The translations under genes were made by a program, and so were the position numbers. A DNA stretch of 64,000 nt, taken from positions 9,176,001 to 9,240,000 of the forward strand of contig CATNEN010000007.1 of NCBI GenBank assembly GCA_950097015.1, written 5' to 3'. The notes under the pieces were generated by a model. That model saw only the letters and a list, made by a program, of their open reading frames with translations, was not told the DNA's origin and searched no databases. The stretch is from Macrostomum hystrix (lineage: Eukaryota > Animalia > Platyhelminthes). Shown in pieces: positions 48,288 through 59,101 of this stretch (positions within the stretch are counted from its first letter, which is position 1; the number at the start of each line of letters is the position of its first letter).

Positions 48288-50093
48288 TGATGTCCCAGTT
48301 TTTTTCATTACTGACTGGTCCAAGCCGGATCATTAAGCGGTACGCTGATTGCATTCATGGCTCTCTTATTGCCCTGGATTTTCGCCTTTTTGCTAGTAAA
48401 TTTCTCCAACAGAATCGACTAACATCGAAGAACCGCGGACACCTTTCGCTCGTAGAAAGAGGCTGCAATAGAAATGATTCGAATGAAACCGGCCTGAAGA
48501 CTAACCGAATGCGACTGATTAGGAACAGCAAAACAGGAGCAATATTGGCTGAGAAAGAATGGGGTCAGACAGACAGACCGGAGAGAGCGAAAGAGGGTGT
48601 GAAAACTTGAGGGCGCAAATGTCGGGGTTAAAAGCGATCGATAAATAATGGGGAAGAGAATTGAGGGGTTAGGTCAGGCTGGAGCCTGGAGGGGGTTTGG
48701 CGTGAACAGGGGGCTGGGGGAAATCGACAATCGATATTGCGCGGACGGGGCAGGGGCTAGAGAAGAAAGGGCACAAAGCGATAGTAGGATTGACTGACCA
48801 ATACAATATAGCACCAATTTACCCTCCGTACGTTTCCGCTACATATTGTGTACCTGTCTGAGCTCTCTCTCGTTTTTAGTGCCGCAACTACGCGCTCGTA
48901 CTTAGCCCCTAGAAGTTAGAGCAGCTCTAAATGAATATTTCAAGCCCTGTTAAAGACCAGCTATCATTCCAGGGTCCGCGTCTGCTTTTACATGTAATTG
49001 GCAAGTGCAATGCTCTAGTGCAAAGACTTTTTCTGCCAGATTTTTTCGACGTTCGTGCCCGCACATTTGCTGTCTATTCACCCGAGTCTTTTATAATACT
49101 CAACAAAGAGGACTCGATCCTCTCAAGAGCATTAGCGCCCCCCTGCTCCGTGTTATTTCCCAATTACCTCCCTTCCTGCTCGAGAGTTTCTTGCACTTTC
49201 ATTCTTGCACAAAATTGAACACTCGATAATTAGATATGAAGGCGCATAAGAGGGCCTTGCACGCGATCGCTCTGGCTTTGAAGGGACGGATGAAGGCCTG
49301 GCTAGCGGGCTACACTGGCAATGTAGCGGTCGCTCTAGCTTCCATCAAGGCTAGCGCAAATCTCAACCAGCTGTGTATCTGGTTACATTTATTCGGAGCA
49401 ACACTATATCTGGCTATCATGAGCGAGGGGTCTGCGTACCCTCAGCAACCCCAAATATTCACCGCAGTAACTCAGGTGTCATAGTCAAGACAGTCAATAA
49501 CTTGGCCCTGCAAAGTGTTAAATCCCAGAGTAAAAGCAGTCCCTTTGGTGCAACCTGACCTCTAACCCGAATAACTGTACTGTACACAAATAATGCCGTT
49601 GAGGAGACGGTTTGGGCTCCAAATCTGCTTTCAAAGCTGATCCCACTTGTGCATCTGCCAGTTCTAAAGTTAATATTCACAGTGCGTCCCAGCTCGATTT
49701 GTTTATCGATGCTTCAAACACCCAAGTACTGCAGCAAGATGTGGGAGCTGCGCACAGACTTAGATGCACACTTTTGTCACATTTCAACAGAAGTCACATT
49801 AAATAACCACAGGTTAGCACAAAATCCATCGAAAATTGCTTTTAGCACCGAATTTTCTCTTATACTGATCCTTGTTAAATTAGAGTATTTCCCGTTTGAC
49901 ATTGCTACGGCTGTTACTAGACTGCAGTAGCTAAGCTATTTTTACAGTCTACACAAGTGTAGAATGCTTGTGCCACAAATATTTCAATACCTTCGATTGA
50001 TGACCTGCTAGTTTCCTTTGTCCGACCCTGGAATGTACTCGTAACCGCTTGATAGTCGGAATCATTATATACTTCTAATAAATAAATTGTATT

Positions 50094-50427
50094 TGTTGTG
50101 GGTTTCGTTACGATAATTCCGTAAATAGTTTTCTAGAACTTTCTACCACTTGTTATAACACTCTGTTGTTTCCAGAATCTTCTCTGCGCCTCCCCCGCGG
50201 GCTATCTATGAGAACTTTCTAGAAAGTTCTCCCACTCGCTCCCCAGGCTATAAATAGAAACCCCCGCGCGGTGCGCACACTCAAAACCACTTTCCAGTAT
50301 TTAATAATACTGCTGTTACAAATATACGCTTATCCAGTCGACTGCCGAGTGCTCCTTTCGGCGCTATACTTACATTTACCAACACTACAATTGGAATCTC
50401 TGTATTCGTTACTTCAAGAATACAACA
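50094..50427 (+). repeat. 5' LTR
   Basis: TGTTGTGGG...TACAACA; identical by eye to 54828-55161. Confidence 0.96.
50130..50256 (+). promoter_or_regulatory. LTR promoter: three heat-shock elements plus TATA box
   Basis: tTTCtaGAActTTCt 50130-50144; tTTCcaGAAtcTTCt 50169-50183; aGAActTTCtaGAAagTTCt 50211-50230; TATAAATA 50249-50256. Confidence 0.8.
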
Positions 50428-50436
50428 GGGATTTTC

Positions 50437-50454
50437 TGGCGTCGCAAGCAGGAT
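50437..50454 (+). other. Primer binding site (probably tRNA-Ser)
   Basis: TGGCGTCGCAAGCAGGAT, 9 nt after the 5' LTR; complements ...ATCCTG..GACG-CCA type tRNA-Ser 3' ends. Confidence 0.7.
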
Positions 50455-50526
50455 CTTGATCAACTTCGAGGACGTCTAATCTACAACGACTGTCACTATT
50501 GACCGAAGGATCAAGCTACTACAATC

Positions 50527-53500
50527 ATGCCCGAAACGATGCAAGACGAGGACATAATCAGCCTCCTACGGCAGCAGATGGAAGAAGAGCGCCAACAGCG
50601 GAACGCTGACCGGCAGATGATGCTCGACCTCATTCGGTCTCTAAAGCCTGCAGCGGACCAGTCCCAGGCTGCAGCTTTGCCGACACATGTGACGACGTCG
50701 ACTCCGGGTTTCTCGCCATTCGACGCCACGTCCGAGCTCTGGCCCGACTACTTGGCCAGATTCTGCACCTTCACGGGCGCGAACTCCATACCCGACGACA
50801 AGAAGGCTCAGGTGTTCCTGACGAACCAGTCTCCGTCTGTCTACAAGCTTCTCTCAAACTTGGCAGCGCAGCAGACGCCGCGGAAGGAGATCAACAAGCT
50901 CACTATGGACGAGATTGAGAAGTTCATGGAAGAACAGTATGACACCAAGCGCTTCATCGTGCGGGAGCGTTTCCGGTTCTGGAGCGACATGCGGCGGAAA
51001 CCGGGTGAGACGATCCAGGAAATGGCTGCGAGAATCCGCCAGGATGCAACCACCTGCGATTTCTCTTCCATCAAAGATCCACTGGACGAGGCGCTGCGCA
51101 CGCGTTTCATCTGCTCAGTGAGGAACGAAGCAGTACTCAAAGCTTTGTTCAAATTAAAGGTGGAAGAGCTCACGTTCGCCCGGGCTGTCGAGATCGCCAT
51201 CGAGACAGAGGAAGCCGCCCGAGTCGCCAAGGAGACGGTTTACGGCGACAAATCCAGCCCCGTAAACAAGGTTAAGCAGAAGGTTCGGCGACCCGGAGCC
51301 ACTTCGGCGAAATTTACGACAGATTCTACTGCTTCCAGGTCTACTACTGACTCTGCGTCTGGTTCGTGCTACCGCTGCGGAGCGAAGAACCATCGGGCAA
51401 ACGATTGCCGATTCAATGACGCGACCTGCCGGCACTGCAAAAAGGTGGGTCACCTAGAATCTGTCTGCCGTTCCAAGGCCAAAGGATCTGCCCCTGCGGC
51501 GAACTTCAAGAAGCCAGTGAAACAGGTCGAGGAGCATGTGCTTGTACATGCTGTAGCCCGAACCGAGGACGACCTGCCTAAGCTGGAAGTGTCGATCCAC
51601 ATCCAAGGCAAGGCTCTCGCCATCGAGGTCGACACTGCGACAAACGGCAACTTCATCACAGAGTCATTCTGGAAGAAGCTGGGGACGCCGCCGCTCGAAG
51701 TAGCGATGTCACGCTACGAGTCCGCCAGCCGACACGACTTACCTGTACTAGGTACCTTCGTCGGGAAAACGACATTGCCTGGCTCGGCTCATGAGCACGA
51801 CATCCAGTACATCGTCACACAGGTGCCCGGCTTGAATCTACTCGGCCGGACCGCCACGAAGCTGTTGGGAATCTCCGTCGACAAACTGCTCGGCGCTGCC
51901 AGCGTCATTCAAGAAGTCAACGCAGTGTTTGACCACCTGCCGCCGGACGAGGCTCTTCAAAAGGCCTGCCGAAATCTTTGCGACGAATTCCCGGACCTGT
52001 GGAAGGACGAGCTGGGTTGCCTCAAGGACTTCAAGCTCGAGTTGCAGTTTAACCCGGATGCAAAGCCGGTGTTCCGGAAGGCTAGGCCTGTCCCCTTCGC
52101 CATCCGCGAGGAGCTCGAGCGCGCCTACGACGAGGGCATCAGGAGAGGCATCTGGGAGCCTACTGACTTCAATGACTACGGGACGCCCGTGGTCCCCGTG
52201 CGAAAGCCCTCGACCGGCTCAGAGCAGCCGAAACTGCGAGTCTGCGGAGACTACTCGTGCACTATCAACCCGCAGCTGGAAGACAACCGTCACCCGCTGC
52301 CCCTCCCAGAGGAACTGCTACAGAAGCTGGGAGGCAGCTACTGCTTCTCAAAGGTAGATCTGGCCGACGCCTACAACCAGATCGAGTTGGGACCGATGAG
52401 TCAGAGGCGCCTGGCACTGAGCACCCACCGGGGTGTGCTTCTTCAGAAGCGGCTCGCTTTCGGCCCGAAGTCTGCAGTGGGTGAGTTCCAGTTCATCATG
52501 GAAATGGTAGCCGGTGATCTGCCCGGAGTCGTTTTCTACTTGGACGACTACCTGGTCGGCGGCGCGACCGCTGATGAGCATCTCGCAAACCTACGCCGGC
52601 TTTTCCAACGCCTTTCTGACAAGGGACTTCGCTGCCGACGGGAGAAGTGCAAATTCGCCATGCCCAGCATCGAGTACCTTGGCTATGTACTGTCAAAAGA
52701 AGGCATCGCCAAGGGAACCAAGGTGGACGCTGTCCGCGAAATGCCTCCACCAAAGGACGTGTCCAGCCTCCGGTCATTCCTCGGCTCGGTCCAGTTCTAC
52801 GCGAAGTTTCTGCCGCCAAGCATGGCCACGATCTCCGAGCCGCTGTACCGGCTCACCAGGAGGGACACACCGTGGACCTGGAAAGACGCAGAGCAGCGGG
52901 CCTTCGACCAGATCAAGGAGGAGCTCTCGTCGGACAACGTGCTGGTCCACTACAATGCCGACCTCCCTCTCGGGCTCTCCTGCGACGCATCCAACGTCGG
53001 GATCGGCGCCGTCCTGTTCCACCGCTACCCGGATGGTAGCGAGCGGCCGATCGCCAACGCTTCAAAGTCTCTGACGGATGCTCAGCGCCGCTATCCTCAG
53101 ATTCAGAAGGAAGCCCTTTCAATCATCTTCGGCCTAAAGAAGTTTTTCCAATACTTGTTCAACCGCAAGTTCATCCTGGTCACGGACCATAAGCCGTTGA
53201 TTTCTCTATTCGGGCCCGAGAAGGAGACACCAGTGATGGCGGCAAACCGACTGGCTCGTTGGGCGAACCTGCTCCACAATTTCACCTACGAAATCGAGTA
53301 CCGCCAGACGAAGAGTCACGGAAATGCGGACGCCCTGAGTCGCCTGCCAGTCGGAGACGACCTAGACTTCGACGGGGAGGAGAGCACAGCCGACTTCGAC
53401 ATGGTCTGTGCGATCAAGGTCCTGAGCCTGCAGATCCGGCCGGCTGACGCCTCAGCCGTAGCCAAGGAATCATCGAGGGACCCAGTCATCTCCACCGCCA

Positions 53501-54789
53501 TGCGCTACTGTCGAGAAGGTTGGCCGCCAATCGGACGAGACGAGGACGCTGAGCTGGCCCGCCTGCGGAAGGTCAAAGATTCGCTGTCCTGCTGCAACGG
53601 ATGTCTTCTGCATGGCTGTCGTCTTGTGATTCCTCGGAACCTCCGGAATGAGGTGCTGAAAATCCTCCACCTCGGACACTTTGGAATACAGAGGATGAAG
53701 CAGCTGGCTCGATCGGCAGTCTACTGGCCGAACATCGACGACGACGTCGAGCACCTGTGCCACGGCTGCCACAGCTGTGCTGAGCACCAAAATCATCCGC
53801 CAAAGGCCGCCGTCCATCCGTGGATGATGCCTGAGAAGCCTTGGAGTCGCCTACATCTGGATCACGCAGTCAACTTCCTCGGCACCAACTGGCTAGTGCT
53901 CACGGACGCCTACTCGAAGTACCCGTGCATACACCCGACGCAATCCATGTCAACGCGGGCAACGATCGAGCTTCTGGAAGAAGACTTCGCCCACTTCGGC
54001 TACCCTCACGCCATCGTCACAGACAATGCAGCGGCATTCATGGCTGAGGAGTTTCAAGCTTGGTGTCGCGAACACGGCATCGCGCACCTCACAGGAGCTC
54101 CGTATCATCCTGCAACAAACGGAGCGGCCGAACGACTGGTTCAGACCTTCAAGAAGGCCCTGAAGAAATCCAGCCTGCCACCTGCCAGGGCGCTACAGCA
54201 GTTCCTGATGCAGTACCGACGGACTCCTGCGGTCAACGGCTACTCTCCGAGCGAACTCCTAAATGGCCGGCAGATCAGGACGCAGATTGATACTCTGCTG
54301 CCATCTCCAGCCCATCTCGCCCAGGATCGCCAAGTCAAGCAGGCCGAAGAGTCCAGAGCTCGGAAAAAGGTGTCTCGCGTCCGAGAAGGCTACAACGTCG
54401 GAGATCCGGTCTACGCTCGCTACTACGGACCACGCCGCGAGAAGGAAGGCCGCTGGGTTCCGGCAGTGGTCACCAAGCGGCACGGCAGCCGCAGCGTCAA
54501 CGTCAAGGTTGTCCCAAGCGGCCCGGTGTGGCGACGGCACTTCGACCAGCTTCAACCGCGACACGTGTCCGCGGAAGACAGCGAGCCAGGATCACTGCCG
54601 ACTCAACAAAACGAAACGGCCGGCCACCTGATGCTGCCGGCCACACCAGCGGTGGCACATCCAGGATCTCGACCCAGGCCTCCAGGATGGCGAGCGCCGG
54701 ACCAAGTCCAACACCCGCCGCCCTACGGACCAGATAATCCACGACGGTCGGCTAGGCAGCGAAAGCCACGGCTACAAATGGACTTATAG
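50527..54789 (+). CDS. Gag-Pol polyprotein, single ORF, 1420 aa
   Basis: Two CCHC knuckles (CYRCGAKNHRANDC, CRHCKKVGHLESVC); protease VDTA; RT YLDD; RNase H CDAS...TDHKPL; integrase HHCC plus D,D,E. Confidence 0.96.
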   Translation: MPETMQDEDIISLLRQQMEEERQQRNADRQMMLDLIRSLKPAADQSQAAALPTHVTTSTPGFSPFDATSELWPDYLARFCTFTGANSIPDDKKAQVFLTNQSPSVYKLLSNLAAQQTPRKEINKLTMDEIEKFMEEQYDTKRFIVRERFRFWSDMRRKPGETIQEMAARIRQDATTCDFSSIKDPLDEALRTRFICSVRNEAVLKALFKLKVEELTFARAVEIAIETEEAARVAKETVYGDKSSPVNKVKQKVRRPGATSAKFTTDSTASRSTTDSASGSCYRCGAKNHRANDCRFNDATCRHCKKVGHLESVCRSKAKGSAPAANFKKPVKQVEEHVLVHAVARTEDDLPKLEVSIHIQGKALAIEVDTATNGNFITESFWKKLGTPPLEVAMSRYESASRHDLPVLGTFVGKTTLPGSAHEHDIQYIVTQVPGLNLLGRTATKLLGISVDKLLGAASVIQEVNAVFDHLPPDEALQKACRNLCDEFPDLWKDELGCLKDFKLELQFNPDAKPVFRKARPVPFAIREELERAYDEGIRRGIWEPTDFNDYGTPVVPVRKPSTGSEQPKLRVCGDYSCTINPQLEDNRHPLPLPEELLQKLGGSYCFSKVDLADAYNQIELGPMSQRRLALSTHRGVLLQKRLAFGPKSAVGEFQFIMEMVAGDLPGVVFYLDDYLVGGATADEHLANLRRLFQRLSDKGLRCRREKCKFAMPSIEYLGYVLSKEGIAKGTKVDAVREMPPPKDVSSLRSFLGSVQFYAKFLPPSMATISEPLYRLTRRDTPWTWKDAEQRAFDQIKEELSSDNVLVHYNADLPLGLSCDASNVGIGAVLFHRYPDGSERPIANASKSLTDAQRRYPQIQKEALSIIFGLKKFFQYLFNRKFILVTDHKPLISLFGPEKETPVMAANRLARWANLLHNFTYEIEYRQTKSHGNADALSRLPVGDDLDFDGEESTADFDMVCAIKVLSLQIRPADASAVAKESSRDPVISTAMRYCREGWPPIGRDEDAELARLRKVKDSLSCCNGCLLHGCRLVIPRNLRNEVLKILHLGHFGIQRMKQLARSAVYWPNIDDDVEHLCHGCHSCAEHQNHPPKAAVHPWMMPEKPWSRLHLDHAVNFLGTNWLVLTDAYSKYPCIHPTQSMSTRATIELLEEDFAHFGYPHAIVTDNAAAFMAEEFQAWCREHGIAHLTGAPYHPATNGAAERLVQTFKKALKKSSLPPARALQQFLMQYRRTPAVNGYSPSELLNGRQIRTQIDTLLPSPAHLAQDRQVKQAEESRARKKVSRVREGYNVGDPVYARYYGPRREKEGRWVPAVVTKRHGSRSVNVKVVPSGPVWRRHFDQLQPRHVSAEDSEPGSLPTQQNETAGHLMLPATPAVAHPGSRPRPPGWRAPDQVQHPPPYGPDNPRRSARQRKPRLQMDL

Positions 54790-54817
54790 ACTTTCTATCA
54801 GCTGTACTCACAGTTTT

Positions 54818-54827
54818 GGTGGGGAGG
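54818..54827 (+). other. Polypurine tract
   Basis: GGTGGGGAGG immediately before the 3' LTR. Confidence 0.8.
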
Positions 54828-55161
54828 TGTTGTGGGTTTCGTTACGATAATTCCGTAAATAGTTTTCTAGAACTTTCTACCACTTGTTATAACACTCTGT
54901 TGTTTCCAGAATCTTCTCTGCGCCTCCCCCGCGGGCTATCTATGAGAACTTTCTAGAAAGTTCTCCCACTCGCTCCCCAGGCTATAAATAGAAACCCCCG
55001 CGCGGTGCGCACACTCAAAACCACTTTCCAGTATTTAATAATACTGCTGTTACAAATATACGCTTATCCAGTCGACTGCCGAGTGCTCCTTTCGGCGCTA
55101 TACTTACATTTACCAACACTACAATTGGAATCTCTGTATTCGTTACTTCAAGAATACAACA
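54828..55161 (+). repeat. 3' LTR
   Basis: Direct repeat of the 5' LTR, preceded by the PPT and followed by the TSD. Confidence 0.96.
54864..54990 (+). promoter_or_regulatory. Second copy of the 3x HSE + TATA module (3' LTR)
   Basis: Same motifs, offset +4734. Confidence 0.78.
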
Positions 55162-57008
55162 GTATTAAGGTACTGTGAGATTATAGATTGTTAATATAAA
55201 TTAAAATCTGGCGTGAATTCACTGAATTATTTACGAGTTGCTGTCCAGCATCTGGGCAGATCTAAGCCGAGAATATTGCGCAAGTGATTCCACTTCACAG
55301 CTTTTATGAGTCGAGTTTGTGCTGGACCATTTGCCATTCTAGCCGGTATCTGGGTCAATATCTTTGAATTGCCAATCAAGGCACTTGAAGCAGATAAAAT
55401 TCAACTGAACTGATTCGCGCTCATAAGACACCTGCCGCCAGTGCGGCCCCAACCTGCAGTGCGCAGTTGCACTCAGTTGCAATCTAGCGTGGGCAACTTG
55501 TGTTCTGAATAATGTTGCGAAAAATGGCTGAAAAAACAGTGCGGGAGACAGCAGCTCTGGCACGGCCTCTCATTACTAACCCGATGTGCCGCGTTAAAGT
55601 GCATGACGACGCAGCCTTGAAGGAGCTGCAGGCCCGCAGAGCACTCTCCAATTACCCGGTGGAAGCCGCCCCGGCGACTTTCAAATTAAGCAAAGAAAAA
55701 CCCGGGCAGCAGACAGCCTGCGTGCTCCAATCTGTCCCGCAGGATGGAGAGGCCACAGATGCATGAGAGGCGGCGTCCCTTTGAGAAACTCGCTACGAAC
55801 TTAATGGCAACGGAGTTCGGTGTCTCAGATGCGCCCGCTTTTACAACCGGCATGCAGCGGGCTTTGGACGCGAGAGATTATTTTATTATTTTATGGCGGA
55901 CTCGGCCTTGCTTAGTTACCTAACTAGCTTATTCCTGGGCCTGTGGCTTCCTGTTGGCGGCCTTTTAACATTAAGGCTAGTTCGCATGCTCTGCCTTTTG
56001 GGCTGAACTGACTGCTGCGACTTTCATCCTGATTATCCTGACCACAAACAATTTATATTCTAATACCAATGTAGGATCATTGTATTGCACTAAATCAATA
56101 ATTATGCCCTTATCCCAATTTATAAATTTATTGCTTAAAAATGACAGTTAAAATGACAATCTGACTTTTGTAGAAGCATTTAAATTTCTTTTCTAGCATA
56201 TCGAGTTTGCAGCTTTACCAAATGAGTGTAGTGTATTGCTACTAATGAGTAGTTTAACAATTAAGCCTTTTTAAATAAAGAAGAAAATACGACAAAGACA
56301 AACCTATATGCACATGTGACTGTATTCTAGAATAATGCCTCGGAGTTTGTGTACTTGAACAGTAAAAAATTGCGTCAAGGCCCGCAGGTAACACAGAAAG
56401 CGAAGCACTTTCCTATATTAAAGCACTTCTATCACAAAAATTTGAGGTTGTCGGCATCCATTAAAATACAAAATACTTCATCGCATCTGCTCAGCTTGAG
56501 TTCAATAGCTAGTAGCATTGTGTACTATCCGAATTAGAAGGCGAGAAACAGACAAAAAATAACTACGAGTACAAGGTAAACAAAAGTAGAGAAGTTTGAT
56601 AGGCCAAAGCGGATTAACAAGAGCAGAAGAGCAGAAGATGCAGTTGTAACTAAGCAGAGGAATTAGCCTGTAGCAGAAGATATTGTTACACAAAAAAGAC
56701 AAGTGGCGCTACTGCGTGGCTGCTTTGCCATCCTGGCTACTTGAAGTAGCGCAGTGTGCGGCAAACTGGGGCTGCGATAGGCAGGGGTGATTTAACACAG
56801 ATTTGCACAGTACAAAATTTCATTTGCTATGCATTTGGAAATCTCAAGTAATCAAGACGATTGTGCAGAGCTACATTGCAAATGAGAATACCTCTGTACT
56901 TAAATAGTTTTTAACATTCACGAGAACAAAGCTTTTTTGGGAAAGCGTGTTTTGGGGGCTCTTTAACAACGAAAAAACAAGTACCTACCTCTTCTAGCGA
57001 CCTCTAGA

Positions 57009-57283
57009 CCATAGACTATTAGCATTTTAAATACCGACAGATTGAAATCCCGTTGCCACACAAATCAGACGTTGGCCCATAGACTATTAGAATTTCAACT
57101 ACCGACAGATGGAAATCCCCCTGCCACACAAATGAGACGTTGGCCCATAGACTATTAGAATTTCAACTACCGACAGATGGAAATCCCGCTGCCACACAAA
57201 TGAGACGTTGGCCCATAGACTATTAGAATTTCAACTACCGACAGATGGAAATCCCGCTGCCACACAAATGAGACGTTGCCCAT
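57009..57283. repeat. 68-bp tandem repeat, 4 copies (innexin 3' region)
   Basis: CCATAGACTATTAGAATTTCAACTACCGACAG... at 68-bp spacing. Confidence 0.9.
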
Positions 57284-57806
57284 GAAAATGTACAGCGCGA
57301 CTGCGACCGGCAGGAATACTGCTTCGGGCAAGCGGGTGGACAGCGCAAAGCAGGCTGTGGGGAAAACTGCAAGTGACTCCGTTCAAATTTGAATTGCCAA
57401 GCAGATCGGCGTCCTTCAAATGGAACAGATGATTGCAAGAAGAATACTATTAAAAAGTTACTATTGAAAATTATTGCAAGCGAAACGTATCCAGTATACA
57501 AAGTTTCTTCACAGTTACAAGCATCATTTCAAGCAAAATTAATTTTAAAAAACTCAAAGCTAGTCTGCCAAGCGTGTGAGGCCGATTACGGAAGAAACTT
57601 TCTAAGTTGTTGTGAAAAGTTTGTTAAGCCTTCTTCAACGCACTAGAAACGCTCTGGGGTCTGTCCTTAGCCCGGCTAAGCGTCCAGAACCCGACGAGAA
57701 GTCTGCTGGCGACTCCTCACCGGTTTTTGGCTGCGAGATCAAGCTAGGGAATTCCTTACACACATGGATGTTGCCTCTTTCGCAAGGTTATGGACAGGCG
57801 CGTCAC

Positions 57807-58834
57807 CTAGACGTAGCTCGCGCTGTCATCGCCTGGCGCTGAGTCAGCTCTGGCCACGGCGGCTGAGGCGCGAGTGTCACTGGACGCGGAGGCGTTGTTG
57901 TGCCGCCTCTGCTTGGTAACGCGCGGTGGCCTCTCTGGCGGCATCAGCGGCAGGTCGGCTTCCGGCAGCTCCAGCTTCTTCGATTTGAATCGGTGCCAAA
58001 CTTCGCGGACAATCTCCGCCGTGATGAGGTCGCCAGCGTTGTAGCAGATCATCTTCAGGATGAAAATGCCATCGTAGCGCAGGAAGTTGTTCACGAATTT
58101 CTTGGCCAGGGCTTTTTCCTCGATGTGAATTGACGTCATGATTTTCAGGTACTTTTTTATGAAGGTGCGGCGCGACGAGCGCATGGTGGAGGATATGGTC
58201 CAGGAGAAGAATGAGAACACGGTGAGTGCCATGATGGACCAGGTCCAGAACCACAGGAACAGGTACATCTTCTCATTGAGCATGTTATTAGGCAGCACGC
58301 ACTGCATTGTGAACTCGTTGTTCTTGCCAACAAAGTCGATCTTCACGGTGCAGCGGGCAACGCGAGGGAAAATGCCGGTGCGCTCCCAGTCCCGCCGGCT
58401 GATCATGTTGCCCAGCAGCTGCAGGCCCCACATGGTGCCGTTCATGCCCAGGAACTCCTGCATGATGACCAGCTGCAGCACCGTGTTCTTTACGTACAGC
58501 AGCTTGATGAGCAGGTAGGAGCCGACCAGCACAAAGCCGGTCCGCTTGGTCAGCACAAAGCAGGGGAGCATCTGCGCGCAGCGGGTCTTGAACTGGTTCC
58601 AGCGACCGCGCCTGTATGGCTGCACGTGGTAGAGCAGCTTCTCAATGTGCGCCGCCAGGTACTGCACCATCCGCTGGCGCTTGTCCTGATCCACGGTGGC
58701 AGCCGACATAGCGAACCGGATGATGTCCATGATGCTGGTGCCGAAGCGGTCGCTGAGGAAGAGCCAGCAGATGCGCGGGAGGTAGAAGCAGACCGCCTGC
58801 AGGGCCAGCACGAACGGCACCCATTGGTAGTAGT
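57807..58834 (-). CDS. inx: Innexin (gap-junction protein), large 3' exon; 5' exon(s) not found in window
   Basis: ttgcag|AC; YYQWVP signature; FPRVARC...QCVLPNNMLNEKMYLFLWFW; FLRYDGIFIL. Confidence 0.95.
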
Positions 58835-58918
58835 CTGCAAGGTCGGTTTGAGCAGGTGAGCTTTGTACCGGCTGGGAGCCGTTAAATTGTCCTTTCCCAT
58901 TTTTCAACATAAATCCTC

Positions 58919-59101
58919 AGACCCGACTAACTTTTTGTCAGCGTTATCAACTCAGGTGCTGTCTGACCCACTAACTGACTGTCAGCGTTATTAACTCAGG
59001 TGCTGTCTGACCCACTAACTGACTGTCAGCGTTATCAACTCAGGTGCTGTCTGACCCACTAACTGATTGTCAGCGCTATCAACTCAGGTACTGTCTGACC
59101 C
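58919..59101. repeat. 44-bp tandem repeat, 4 copies (innexin intron)
   Basis: TGTCAGCGTTATCAACTCAGGTGCTGTCTGACCCACTAACTGAC. Confidence 0.9.

Larger units (their letters stand above)
50094..55161 (+). mobile_element. Full-length Ty3/Gypsy LTR retrotransposon (Mag-like)
   Basis: TG...CA LTRs of 334 bp; 5-bp TSD GTATT (50089-50093 and 55162-55166); PBS; PPT; gag-PR-RT-RH-IN order. Confidence 0.97.

Noticed and set aside
58835-58910. ATG at 58910 as the innexin start
   Set aside because: Would lack TM1 and the first extracellular loop; a good acceptor (ttgcag) precedes YYQW, so this segment is intronic
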